Source: an uncultured Veillonellaceae bacterium
Lineage (GTDB): Bacteria; Bacillota; Negativicutes; JARBTT01
NCBI GenBank assembly: GCA_963805085.1
Contig: CAWDTA010000005.1
Location: 128,001 to 192,000 of the forward strand
Direction of reading: 5' to 3'
DNA length: 64,000 nucleotides
Shown here in pieces: positions 43,611 to 53,697 of this stretch. The notes beneath the pieces were generated by a model, which had not been told where the DNA came from, did not search any database, and was given only the letters and a program-made list of their open reading frames with translations. Both the position numbers and the translations under genes were made by a program. Numbering within the stretch: the first letter of the stretch is position 1; every line of letters starts with the position of its first letter.

Positions 43611-44543
43611 ATGCGTAAGAAAATAATTATGGTACTTTTAAGTATGATTGTTCTGGTTTCTGTCGTTATACTAACGTTTGCGAATAAATCAATAGATAGA
43701 AAAGTCTCCGCTGGTAATAAAATTGCTGTCGTCTATGTCGATGGTACGATCACTGGAAGTCATGGGGCCAGTGGTTTACTTTCGGAAAGTGGCGGGACGG
43801 ATAGTTTAATCAAGCAATTGCACGAAGCTAGTGATGATGCAAGTATTAAGGGAATTGTACTGCGGATTAATAGTCCAGGTGGTAGTTCAACGGCTACGCA
43901 AGAGGTTGGTGAAGAAATCAAAAAAATTCGTGCAAAAGGTAAGCCTGTGGTAACTTCAATGGGGGATATGGCAGCATCTGGTGGGTATTGGTTGGCGGCC
44001 TGTACAGATAAAATTTATGCGAATCCAACGACTTTGACGGGAAGTATTGGTGTGTATATGCCATATTCCAACTGGGAAGAGCTGTATAAAAAAATTGGAG
44101 TACGTCAAGAAAAAATAAAAAGTGGCGCGCATAAAGATATCTTATCAAATGACCGACCAATGACTGAGGAAGAACGCGTGATTTTACAGACGATGGTTGA
44201 TGAAATTTATCAAGGCTTTGTGGAAGTCGTTGCTGAAGGACGTCATCTTGATATTGAAACTGTGAAAAAAATTGCGGATGGTCGCGTTTATACAGGCAAG
44301 CAAGCCAAAGAGCTTGGCCTAGTCGATGAAATGGGAAATTTGTATGATGCCATTGATGGTACCGCACAGATGGTAGGAATCCACGGAAAACCAAAAATTA
44401 AAGAGTATGGCAAAAACAATCCATTTTCAATGTTGATGTCAACCAGTGATAAAGCTGAAATTTTAAAAACTTTGTTATTACAAGTGCCCACAGAAAATGA
44501 TGTCCAATCTGTAGTGCCGATGGCAATACCAGAAAAGTGGTAG
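43611..44543 (+). CDS. sppA: Signal peptide peptidase SppA (S49)
   Basis: RINSPGG, AASGGYW, TGSIGV, KSGAHKD, DGRVYTG. Confidence 0.93.
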   Translation: MRKKIIMVLLSMIVLVSVVILTFANKSIDRKVSAGNKIAVVYVDGTITGSHGASGLLSESGGTDSLIKQLHEASDDASIKGIVLRINSPGGSSTATQEVGEEIKKIRAKGKPVVTSMGDMAASGGYWLAACTDKIYANPTTLTGSIGVYMPYSNWEELYKKIGVRQEKIKSGAHKDILSNDRPMTEEERVILQTMVDEIYQGFVEVVAEGRHLDIETVKKIADGRVYTGKQAKELGLVDEMGNLYDAIDGTAQMVGIHGKPKIKEYGKNNPFSMLMSTSDKAEILKTLLLQVPTENDVQSVVPMAIPEKW

Positions 44544-45143
44544 GTGAAAATAATGAGTAGTATATTAGAGACTCTTTATGATATGTTAACTAGACCCAAA
44601 GAAGCATTTCAAGTAATTGTTAGCGAAGGAAGATTAGCAAAATCCTGTCAAATCGTATTATTTAGTACTGTGATTTCGAGTTTAGCTGCTTATGCAAATG
44701 TTTTTGAAGGTGGCTTTAAAGGTGCAATGTTACTGGCCGAAATTATTTGCAGTGTACTCTTATGGGGCGTTTCTGTTTCTGTCTGGCATTTATTGGCGGA
44801 ATTAATCGGTGGGCGAGGCTCGGTGAGAAGATTATTAACCGCAATTGGGTTCACTTATTTTTTACAATTGTTGATTGTGCCAATTTACTTAATTGCCAGT
44901 TTTCTGCCAGCCGTCGGCTTTTTATTGAGTATGATCGCAACTTTGGTGGTTGCGGTATGGTCAATCGTACTCGGAATTTTGGCAATTAGCGAAGTCTATC
45001 AATTGTCTGGAGGCAAGGCGACGCTTATTTATTTCTTACCGATTCTGATTTTTATTAGTATTTTTATTGTCATGATTTTTACAGCCAGTGCATTTTTTAT
45101 GTCAGCCGCGGGTGATATTCTCGCTAATCCACCACAATTTTAG
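44544..45143 (+). CDS. YIP1-family membrane protein
   Basis: LT.PKEAF start, about 5 TM helices, coupled to sppA. Confidence 0.75.
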   Translation: MKIMSSILETLYDMLTRPKEAFQVIVSEGRLAKSCQIVLFSTVISSLAAYANVFEGGFKGAMLLAEIICSVLLWGVSVSVWHLLAELIGGRGSVRRLLTAIGFTYFLQLLIVPIYLIASFLPAVGFLLSMIATLVVAVWSIVLGILAISEVYQLSGGKATLIYFLPILIFISIFIVMIFTASAFFMSAAGDILANPPQF

Positions 45144-45318
45144 TTGCTTTTACATGGAATTTTAGTAAAAACATGATTAAAAAGACAATTGTGGTATGTA
45201 TACAAAAAAATTTACAACAAATTCCTTATTATAAGCAGGATTTTAATTGTACTGGTCGAAATGTAAAGAATAGGTAATTAAGGCTATTTGATCAATAGGG
45301 AGAGGTGAATAGAAAAAG

Positions 45319-45708
45319 GTGAGTAAGACAAAAGTGTTGGTTGTAGACGATCAGCCAGGGATTAGACGACTACTGTTAGAAGTCTTTACGGATGAAGGCT
45401 ATGAGGTTAATGTAGCTACGAATGGCAATGAAGCTTTGGAAAAAGCAACGGAAGTACAACCAGCTGTAATTTTGATGGACATGAAGATGCCAGGGATGGA
45501 TGGTATTGATGCACTGAAAGAATTAAAAGAGCTTGGTTTAGCGGAGCGCGTGATTATGATGACTGCGTATGGTGAACTGGAGCTTGTAACAAAAGCAAAA
45601 GAGTTAGGTGCTTTTGCCTATGTTACCAAGCCTTTTGATATCATCAAACTTTGTGAGATGGTATCTAGTTATATTGCTGGAAATAAAGATAACTTAATGA
45701 TTGGCTAA
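45319..45708 (+). CDS. spo0F: Single-domain response regulator, Spo0F-like
   Basis: VDDQPGIRRLL.EVF, DMKMPGMDG, MTAYGEL, KPFDI closely match Spo0F; downstream of pyrG; sigma-H-like promoter at 45235-45261. Confidence 0.72.
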   Translation: MSKTKVLVVDDQPGIRRLLLEVFTDEGYEVNVATNGNEALEKATEVQPAVILMDMKMPGMDGIDALKELKELGLAERVIMMTAYGELELVTKAKELGAFAYVTKPFDIIKLCEMVSSYIAGNKDNLMIG

Positions 45709-45835
45709 GGCTGAAGCTGCTCGCAAAATAACTTGCGGCAGCTTCTTTTGTTTTCTAGAAGTATGCAGGAGTTTTATTATCATTGGCGAATTTCTCAATT
45801 TAATAGGAATTAGATTGAAGAAAGGAGTGAGGTAC

Positions 45836-46471
45836 GTGATACTTAATGCCAATTGGTCTGTCGCTTTGTATTGTCAACGTTGTGGAAAAATTGAGATTCA
45901 TGATGTGTCTTATTTTACGAGACAAGATAGCACAAAAACGTTGCGGTGTAGCTGTAACCATCCACAGGCAACCTTGATACGTACTGCTCCTAACCAAGTG
46001 AAATTGCAAATTCCTTGTGGGGCATGTAACTCTTTGCATGAAGCAAAATATAAAGCAAAACATCTTTTGAAGCTAAAAATAGAAAAAATTTATTGTTCCA
46101 AAGATTTTTTTGAACTTGGATATATTGGTAAAAGGGAAGCAATTGAGGAAATCTTAGCTTTTACGAAACGAGAATTTGAAAGTATCATGCAGAGTGAAGA
46201 ACAAATCGAGAAACAGCAAATTTTTTTAGAAATTATCAACAAGCTGCATGATATTGCCGAGCAGGGAGGGATTGTTTGTCCATGTGATAGCAAAGCCATT
46301 GAAGCAAATATAACAGGTGATTCCGATGCAGTTCTTTTAGAGTGTTTGCATTGTGGCAGTTATTGTACGATAGAGGCTAAAGATGAAGATGATTTGGAAA
46401 AGGTGCGGGAATTAGATTACATTGAACTAACACAAGGAAGAATTTTAGTAAAAAATATTGATTTAGATTAA
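45836..46471 (+). CDS. Hypothetical multi-zinc-ribbon protein
   Basis: GTG after AAGGAGTGAGG; CQRC, CSC, CGAC, CPC, CLHC; sigma-H-like promoter at 45765-45791. Confidence 0.78.
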   Translation: MILNANWSVALYCQRCGKIEIHDVSYFTRQDSTKTLRCSCNHPQATLIRTAPNQVKLQIPCGACNSLHEAKYKAKHLLKLKIEKIYCSKDFFELGYIGKREAIEEILAFTKREFESIMQSEEQIEKQQIFLEIINKLHDIAEQGGIVCPCDSKAIEANITGDSDAVLLECLHCGSYCTIEAKDEDDLEKVRELDYIELTQGRILVKNIDLD

Positions 46472-46613
46472 GTTGAATTCTAAGCATAGATCATACAAAG
46501 ATTATTTTGTATTTTCTATGCTTTTTTTGTCGTCATTTTGGAAAATGTATATTTTTCCTTCGGATCGTTAACTATATTCCTGAATAAAGTTATTTTCTAG
46601 TGAGGCGAGACAA

Positions 46614-47495
46614 ATGAGTTTAAGTAAGATAAAACAATTGCGGATGTTCGGAATTGTCATCGGCATTGGTATGATTATGGGATTGGTTTGGTGGGCTGTA
46701 GTAGAATATAGCGATATTAGTCCTGTACGCGAACCTGCTTTAGAGGTGAGTCAATATAAAGAGATTGCAAAAGCTCCTGTAGTAAAAATGCGGATCCATA
46801 TCGTAAAGGAGGAAGAAACATTAGCAGATATTGCTGCTCAGTATGAGGTAGATATCGATACTCTGCGTGGAGCAAATGAAAATCTAACGGATTTGATTCA
46901 TCCGGGGGATAAATTGCTGATTTTACCCCAAAAAGGAGTGTTATACACCGTAACGGAAGGGGATACGTTGTGGCGAATTGCCAAATTGTTTGATGTAGAA
47001 GTTAAAAATATTTTAGCTGAGAATGAAAAAACGGAAAGTTTTTTAAAGGTTGGTGAAAAGTTATTTATTCCTGGTGGTAAGCCAAGAAATATTGAACCAG
47101 CAAATCTACCGGTATCAAGGCAAATTTCCACGCAGTTTGCCTTGCCGAGTGTAGGTGAAGTAAGTTCGCCGTTTGGGGTAAGATGGGGACATATGCATGA
47201 AGGAATCGATATTGCCAATGACTCTGGAACACCCGTAAAAGCTGCCTTGGCGGGTAAGGTTACCTATGCTGGTTGGCTTGGTGGTTATGGCTATGCGATT
47301 ATGCTAGAGCATCGGGAGGATTATTCGACGCTTTACGGGCATTTGCAGAGCATTGGTGTGGAAAAAGGTAATTTTGTAAATCGTGGACAAAAGATCGGTG
47401 AAATGGGTAGTACCGGTAATTCAACAGGCCCACACGTTCATTTTGAAGTTCGTCATGATGGCGTGCTTATCAATCCGGCAAAAGTGTTGCCATAG
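46614..47495 (+). CDS. LysM x2 + M23 metallopeptidase
   Basis: N-terminal TM, two LysM repeats, HEGID, YGHL, STGNSTGPHVHFE. Confidence 0.92.
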   Translation: MSLSKIKQLRMFGIVIGIGMIMGLVWWAVVEYSDISPVREPALEVSQYKEIAKAPVVKMRIHIVKEEETLADIAAQYEVDIDTLRGANENLTDLIHPGDKLLILPQKGVLYTVTEGDTLWRIAKLFDVEVKNILAENEKTESFLKVGEKLFIPGGKPRNIEPANLPVSRQISTQFALPSVGEVSSPFGVRWGHMHEGIDIANDSGTPVKAALAGKVTYAGWLGGYGYAIMLEHREDYSTLYGHLQSIGVEKGNFVNRGQKIGEMGSTGNSTGPHVHFEVRHDGVLINPAKVLP

Positions 47496-47499
47496 AGTC

Positions 47500-47562
47500 G
47501 TATAGTTCCCCTCAGATTGGAAATACTAAAATAAGTTGATTTTCAATCTGGGGGGGGTTTTT
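47500..47562 (+). promoter_or_regulatory. Sigma-F/G-like promoter of fin embedded in a terminator-like hairpin covering the RBS
   Basis: GTATA-N17-AATACTA; 17-bp inverted repeat 47508-47524 / 47539-47555 followed by T5 and ATG. Confidence 0.55.
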
Positions 47563-47784
47563 ATGAAAATATATTATCATTGTGAAATGTGCGGAATAGA
47601 TATTGCGGTCCTCGATGTGGAGCATGTAGATGAAGTGAAATTAGGTTTTAACTGCTTGACGAGTGACGAACGGAAGGATATAATTGAAGTGGACGATTTA
47701 AGGAATACGATGCATGTAAAATCATTGTGTGATGATTGTGCCGAACGTCTGGGTTTAAACCGAGAAGAATCTAGGATTCATTAA
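47563..47784 (+). CDS. fin: Anti-sigma-F factor Fin (YabK/DUF2757)
   Basis: YHCEMCG..LGFNCLTSDERKDII..SLCDDC; directly upstream of mfd. Confidence 0.85.
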   Translation: MKIYYHCEMCGIDIAVLDVEHVDEVKLGFNCLTSDERKDIIEVDDLRNTMHVKSLCDDCAERLGLNREESRIH

Positions 47785-47868
47785 GGAATATAAGTGTATT
47801 GATTCTCATATAAATAATAGGGCTTTAGCTTTAGCTAAAGCCCCTTTTCGCATGGGTGAGGTGTAAAG

Positions 47869-50800
47869 ATGAAAAAATTTTTCGAAGTGTTGATGACAGA
47901 TCCAACAATTACGAAGGTGATGGACTGTTTTGGATTAGAAAATGATCAAAGTTTGATTTATGGTTTATCTGGATCGCAAAAAGCTACAGTCATAGCAGCA
48001 AGTTATCAAAAGCATCCACGGACCACCGTTATTATTACGAGTAATATGGATGCAATGGAACTACTCAAATCTGATTTAACGATGTTATTACCTGAGGTAA
48101 CAGTATTAGAACTTCCCGCGTTGGATATGGTAACATTTTCAGCCGTCGCAAAGAGTATTGAACTTGCAGCTAGACGGATGGATGTCTTAGGGCGATTGAT
48201 TCGTAAAGAAAAGATTATAATACTTGCGACAACGGCAGCGGCGATCCAAAAAGGAATATCCAGAAGAGAATTCGAACGTTCTAGCTTGAGTCTTGCTATG
48301 GGCATGGTAATAGAGCGAGATGAAATCTTAGAAAAATTAGTACAACTTGGTTACGAACGCGTGGAACAGGTAGATAGTCTGGGGAAATTTAGTGCGCGTG
48401 GCGGTATTATTGATGTTTTTCCAATTAATCGGCAAGTACCAATTCGTATCGAGTTTTTTGATAATGAAGTTGATTCTTTGCGTGAGTTTGATATCACATC
48501 GCAACGGTCCATAAAAAATATTGTGAGTGTTGATATTTTACCACTTGGTCAAATGGATAGTGATGGCAAACCAGCGATGTTTTTATCTTATCTAGAACAA
48601 ACGGCAACGGTTATTTTTGATGAACCAACAAGAATTCGTGAGCAGATTACTACACTCTCCAAAGAAAATCCTGAGCTAAAAAAGCGGATGTTTAATTGGC
48701 CGGATATGATCGCATTGGCAAAGGTCAAAAACGTAGTCTATTTATCACTTCTATTACAAAAGCCTCCGTATGCAGAGCCAAGTGAAATTATTAGTGTTGC
48801 GGCAAAAGCAATTGCACCTTTTCATAAACAAATGGATATCCTGGCGAGTGAAATAAATGGCTGGCTGGAACATAAGGTTCGTACGGTCATATTTATGACA
48901 AGTGAACAAAAGGTGTCGGCGATGCAGGAATTGTTAAAAGAGCATCATATTGGCTCTACGTTTGAGCCAACGATCAAGGAGTTCGTTGATGGTCTTGTTC
49001 TCATTACAATCGGTACATTGGCGAATGGTTTTGAGCTGCCACAAGCACAGCTAGTAGCGATTACAGAGAAAGATATATTTGGTAGGCAAAAAAAGAAAGC
49101 CTTACCGCGCGTGGCCAAGTCAGAGAAGATTGCTTATTTTAGGGATATCAATATCGGTGATTATGTGGTGCATGTGAACCATGGTATTGGTAAATATATT
49201 GGTGTAGAAACATTAAATGTAGGTGGTATCCATCGTGATTATTTGCATATTCGTTACGGTGGTGATGATAAATTATTTGTACCTACTGACCAAGTGCATT
49301 TATTGCAAAAATATATTGGCTCAGAAGGGGACATTCCTCGGCTGCATAAAATGGGTGGCAGCGAGTGGAGTAAAGCGAAAGCGAAGGCAAAGGCCTCAGT
49401 CGCTGATATTGCCAAAGAACTAATTAAGCTTTACGCGGAACGGCAAGTAGAGATCGGCTATGCATTTGAACCAGATACCCCGTGGCAAAAAGAATTTGAG
49501 GATGCGTTTGCTTTTGAAGAAACGCCTGACCAATTATCGGCGATTGCCGAGATTAAGACAGATATGGAACGACCGCGCCCGATGGATCGTTTACTATGTG
49601 GCGATGTTGGATTTGGAAAGACAGAAGTGGCGATACGAGCTGCTTTTAAAGCGGTGATGAGTGGCAAACAAGTTGCAGTACTCGTACCGACAACCGTGCT
49701 TGCACAACAACATTATCAAACGTTTAAAAATCGCTTTGCCGGCTTTGGCCCAACGGTTGATGTGATCTGCCGTTTTAGGACAGCCAAGCAGCAAAAACAA
49801 ACCTTAGAAAAGGTGAAAACGGGACAGGTTGATGTTCTAATTGGTACGCATAGCATACTAAATGCCAATACTGTACAGTTTAAAGATTTGGGTCTATTAG
49901 TCGTTGACGAAGAACAACGATTTGGTGTAACGCAAAAAGAAAAAATTAAAAAAATAAGTTGTGATATTGATGTGCTGACGTTAAGTGCGACGCCGATTCC
50001 AAGAACGCTTCATATGTCACTTGTCGGTGCACGGGATATGAGCATTATTGAAACGCCGCCCGAGGAGCGTTTTCCTGTGCAAACCTATGTGGTAGAAAAC
50101 AATGATGAAATTATTCGCGATGCAATCAAAAGAGAGCTAAAACGTGGCGGACAGGTTTATTTTGTTTATAATCGTGTGGAAACGATTGATAAAATGAGTG
50201 CACATTTAGCACAGATGATGCCAGACGCAAAAATACAAACTGGGCATGGGCAAATGCCAGAAGAGTTGTTAGAACAGGTGATGTTAGATTTCTATGAAGG
50301 AAAAGATGATATCTTAGTGGCGACCAGCATTATTGAAAATGGTTTAGATGTTGCCAATGCCAATACGATCATCGTCTATGATGCGGATCGTTTTGGGTTA
50401 TCACAGCTTTATCAAATGCGTGGACGTGTTGGGCGTTCTAATCATATGGCTTTTGCATATTTTACTTATCAGGCAGATAAAGTATTAACAGAAGTCGCGG
50501 AAAAACGTTTGCAGGCGATTAAAGAATTTGCTGAACTAGGCGCAGGCTTTAAAATTGCAATGCGCGACTTAGAGATTCGTGGCGCGGGGAATTTGCTCGG
50601 TGCACAGCAACATGGTCACATTGCGAGTGTTGGTTTCGAAATGTATTGCCGTTTGCTTGAAGAGGCTGTACAGAGCCTAAAGAGCGGTGAAAAAAATTTG
50701 TTGCCGATAGAACCATTGTTAGAACTTACCGTAGAAGCATATTTACCGGGTGACTATATTGAAGATGCCATGCATAAAATAGAAATATATCAACGGATTG

Positions 50801-51165
50801 CTGCGGTTCGTAATAAAGAGCATCTACAGGAACTTTTAGATGAACTGATCGATCGTTTTGGTGGACCACCACAAGCCGTAATGAATTTATTAGGTGTTGC
50901 CCGTATCAAAAATTTAGCGCGTAATTTAGGGATACAATCCATTATTCAGCGTTCAGCAAAAGTGGAAATCATTTTTAGTGATCGACCAAATGTTGAAGTT
51001 GAAGGAATCATAAAGTTAAAAGATTTATTAGGCGGATTTGTCAAAGTAATAGCTGGACCACCAGAAATTATTCATTTAAAATTGACTCCGAACTATGCGA
51101 AGAAAGTGTTGGGCTTTATAACAAAATCTTTGATGATTTTAGCTTTACAAGATGTGAAAAAGTAG
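47869..51165 (+). CDS. mfd: Transcription-repair coupling factor
   Basis: RGGIIDVF, GDYVVHVNHGIG, GDVGFGKT, DEEQRFG, SATPIPRT, QMRGRVGR, DLEIRGAG. Confidence 0.97.
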   Translation: MKKFFEVLMTDPTITKVMDCFGLENDQSLIYGLSGSQKATVIAASYQKHPRTTVIITSNMDAMELLKSDLTMLLPEVTVLELPALDMVTFSAVAKSIELAARRMDVLGRLIRKEKIIILATTAAAIQKGISRREFERSSLSLAMGMVIERDEILEKLVQLGYERVEQVDSLGKFSARGGIIDVFPINRQVPIRIEFFDNEVDSLREFDITSQRSIKNIVSVDILPLGQMDSDGKPAMFLSYLEQTATVIFDEPTRIREQITTLSKENPELKKRMFNWPDMIALAKVKNVVYLSLLLQKPPYAEPSEIISVAAKAIAPFHKQMDILASEINGWLEHKVRTVIFMTSEQKVSAMQELLKEHHIGSTFEPTIKEFVDGLVLITIGTLANGFELPQAQLVAITEKDIFGRQKKKALPRVAKSEKIAYFRDINIGDYVVHVNHGIGKYIGVETLNVGGIHRDYLHIRYGGDDKLFVPTDQVHLLQKYIGSEGDIPRLHKMGGSEWSKAKAKAKASVADIAKELIKLYAERQVEIGYAFEPDTPWQKEFEDAFAFEETPDQLSAIAEIKTDMERPRPMDRLLCGDVGFGKTEVAIRAAFKAVMSGKQVAVLVPTTVLAQQHYQTFKNRFAGFGPTVDVICRFRTAKQQKQTLEKVKTGQVDVLIGTHSILNANTVQFKDLGLLVVDEEQRFGVTQKEKIKKISCDIDVLTLSATPIPRTLHMSLVGARDMSIIETPPEERFPVQTYVVENNDEIIRDAIKRELKRGGQVYFVYNRVETIDKMSAHLAQMMPDAKIQTGHGQMPEELLEQVMLDFYEGKDDILVATSIIENGLDVANANTIIVYDADRFGLSQLYQMRGRVGRSNHMAFAYFTYQADKVLTEVAEKRLQAIKEFAELGAGFKIAMRDLEIRGAGNLLGAQQHGHIASVGFEMYCRLLEEAVQSLKSGEKNLLPIEPLLELTVEAYLPGDYIEDAMHKIEIYQRIAAVRNKEHLQELLDELIDRFGGPPQAVMNLLGVARIKNLARNLGIQSIIQRSAKVEIIFSDRPNVEVEGIIKLKDLLGGFVKVIAGPPEIIHLKLTPNYAKKVLGFITKSLMILALQDVKK

Positions 51166-51184
51166 TTTTATCCCCTGTAGTTGA

Positions 51185-51215
51185 TGAATAAATTTCAATA
51201 AGTAGATATATACTA
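51185..51215 (+). promoter_or_regulatory. Sigma-G-like promoter of spoVT
   Basis: TGAATA-N18-TATACTA versus consensus TGAATA-N17/18-CATACTA. Confidence 0.6.
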
Positions 51216-51260
51216 TTATTGGAATCAGATGTCAGAAACTGTAGAAAAGGGGGGATACAA

Positions 51261-51833
51261 TTGAAAGCAACAGGGATAGTTAGAAGAATTGATGATTTAG
51301 GTAGGGTTGTTATTCCAAAGGAAATTCGTCGGACGCTGAGGATTAGAGAGGGCGACCCATTAGAAATTTATGTTGACCGTGATGGAGAGGTCATATTGAA
51401 AAAATATTCGCCAGTCAGTGAGCTGGGAGATTTTGCAAAAGAGTACTGTGATTCTTTGTATGAAACGATTGGCAATATCGTATTAATTGCTGACCGTGAT
51501 ACTATGGTAGCTGTTGCCGGTGCCGCCAAAAAAGAATTTTTAAATAAGCCATTGGGTGCAATCGTAGAAAAAATCATGGAAGAACGTAAAGCGGTACTTA
51601 TTAATAATCCAAGTGAAATCAAAAATGGTCATGCTTGTCCGATTGAAATTGAAGAAGATGAAGAGGAATCTTATAAGTTTACTGCGGAGGTTATTGCACC
51701 AATTATCGTGGAAGGGGATGCCATTGGCGCTGTCATTCTTTGTGCTAGGCAGCCAAACGTCCAGATGGGTGATACCGAGATAAAACTTGCGGAAACAGCG
51801 GCAAGTTTTCTAGCCAAACAGATGTCGCAGTAG
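51261..51833 (+). CDS. spoVT: Stage V sporulation protein T
   Basis: KATGIVRRIDDLGRVVIPKEIRRTLRIREGDPLEI plus GAF domain ending AASFLAKQM. Confidence 0.95.
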   Translation: MKATGIVRRIDDLGRVVIPKEIRRTLRIREGDPLEIYVDRDGEVILKKYSPVSELGDFAKEYCDSLYETIGNIVLIADRDTMVAVAGAAKKEFLNKPLGAIVEKIMEERKAVLINNPSEIKNGHACPIEIEEDEEESYKFTAEVIAPIIVEGDAIGAVILCARQPNVQMGDTEIKLAETAASFLAKQMSQ

Positions 51834-51915
51834 ATTTGTCTTTTGAAAAGAAAGCGAAGGGGTTGTTGCAAATAATTTGTAACAACCTCTTTGTTATCGT
51901 AGGAAGGAGGAGCGT

Positions 51916-53496
51916 ATGCCTGAAAATAAATTTTTAAAGGGCGCATTGATTTTAACAATTGCTGGTGTTATCGTAAAAGTCATCGGCTCGGTAAATCGCA
52001 TTATTTTATCGCGATTACTTGGTGGCGAAGGGATTGGACTTTATCAAATGGCTTATCCAATCTACCAATTGGCACTCAGTGTCTCATCAGCGGGAATTCC
52101 CGTAGCGATTTCGATTTTGGTAGCAGAAAAATTGGCATTGTTAGATCATCGAGGCGCGCGGCGAATTTTTCAGATATCATTAAATGTGATGATCGTGACA
52201 GGGCTTTTTTTTAGTTTATTGCTGTATTTTGGTGCGGGCTGGCTCATTGAGAATCATATTGTGCGTGATGCTAGATCTTATTATGCGATTGTCGCCTTGG
52301 CACCAGCCATTTTTTTTGTGACAATTTTATCAAGCTATCGTGGCTTTTTTCAAGGCATGCAAAGTATGGCACCAACGGCGTCATCACAAATCGTTGAACA
52401 ATTGTTTCGAGTGATTACCATGATTGTCCTCGCTGTGGTATTATTACCTTATGGTCTCTCTTATGCGGCAGCAGGAGCGAGCTTTGGTGCTGCCCCTGGA
52501 GCTGCTATTGGCGTCATGGTGTTATTTTATTACTACTGGAAATATCAAAGAGCGAATCAACACAAGATCACCTTTCAAGAGAAAACAAGTAAACAGGAAA
52601 GCAGTTTTTCGATTATTAAACGCATTATTAAACTAGCGTTACCAGTATCGATTGCCAATCTTATGTTGCCGCTGACCGCCAATATTGATTTATTGATCGT
52701 ACCAGTACGTTTAGAAGTTGCCGGTTACACGGTAGAGATGGCGACGGAGTTATTTGGCTATTTGACTGGTATGGCCGTGGCTTTGGTCAATTTGCCGACG
52801 ATTCTTACAGCGTCGCTTGCCGCAAGTTTAGTGCCAGCGATTTCAGAGGCATATACGCTGAAAAATCAACAAGCAATTTGTCAGCGGACAAAAACTGCAT
52901 TTCGCATTGCCAATTTATTGGTTATTCCCAGCTTTATGGGATTGCTTTTACTCGCGGTTCCGATTTCTCAGCTTTTATATGCCACGCCGAATGCTGGTAC
53001 TTGTATTGCGATCTTATCTTTTGGTATAATCTTACTTGGTATTGGGCAAGTTACAACGGGAATTTTACAAGGACTTGGGCATACGACGATACCATTGATC
53101 AATATGATCATTGCCGCTTTGGCAAAGGTAGTGTTAAGCTATTGGTTAACGGCAATTCCTACCTTGGGGATCAAAGGTGCGGCTTGGGCGACTAACGCAG
53201 ACTTTGGCATAGCAGCAATGTTAAATTTGATTTTTGTTTATCGGTATGTTGGGGTTGGGATCAACTTGAAGGATACGATAAAAGTTATTGTGTCGACGGT
53301 ACTTATGGGGATTGTTGTGCTACTTAGTTATGATTTTGTTATGCTACATAGTTTTGAGAATACGTTGGCTACGTTGGTAGCTATAGCCACGGGAAGTATT
53401 ACTTACGTGTTATTATTAATCATGACAAAAAGTATTACAAAACGTGATATTGAAAACATACCGAAAGTTGGTAAAAAAATAAGTAGTCTATTATAG
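51916..53496 (+). CDS. yabM: MOP-family flippase (YabM/SpoVB-like)
   Basis: FLKGALIL, GEGIGLYQMAYP, YRGFFQG, SQIVEQ; synteny spoVT-yabM-yabN. Confidence 0.82.
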   Translation: MPENKFLKGALILTIAGVIVKVIGSVNRIILSRLLGGEGIGLYQMAYPIYQLALSVSSAGIPVAISILVAEKLALLDHRGARRIFQISLNVMIVTGLFFSLLLYFGAGWLIENHIVRDARSYYAIVALAPAIFFVTILSSYRGFFQGMQSMAPTASSQIVEQLFRVITMIVLAVVLLPYGLSYAAAGASFGAAPGAAIGVMVLFYYYWKYQRANQHKITFQEKTSKQESSFSIIKRIIKLALPVSIANLMLPLTANIDLLIVPVRLEVAGYTVEMATELFGYLTGMAVALVNLPTILTASLAASLVPAISEAYTLKNQQAICQRTKTAFRIANLLVIPSFMGLLLLAVPISQLLYATPNAGTCIAILSFGIILLGIGQVTTGILQGLGHTTIPLINMIIAALAKVVLSYWLTAIPTLGIKGAAWATNADFGIAAMLNLIFVYRYVGVGINLKDTIKVIVSTVLMGIVVLLSYDFVMLHSFENTLATLVAIATGSITYVLLLIMTKSITKRDIENIPKVGKKISSLL

Positions 53497-53531
53497 GATG
53501 TGTTTCAAAAAACACACAACCTTAAAATTCA

Positions 53532-53656
53532 AGAGACTGTTACAAGATGGTCAAATGCTAGGCAGGGCGAGAACGCGAGTGAGGGCGTACGAGGTAGTAC
53601 GTTAAGCGAGTGCTCGCAGGAGCAACAACGCAGATGGGTATTTTGTAACAATCTCT
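53532..53656 (+). repeat. Palindromic REP/MITE-like element, copy A
   Basis: 17-bp imperfect terminal IR agagactgttacaagat/attttgtaacaatctct; core caaatgctaggca...cgtac-N6-gtacg...aacaacgcagatgggta. Confidence 0.8.
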
Positions 53657-53697
53657 ATAGCAGTTGAAATGGATGAAAGAATAAAGGAGTATTCGTT

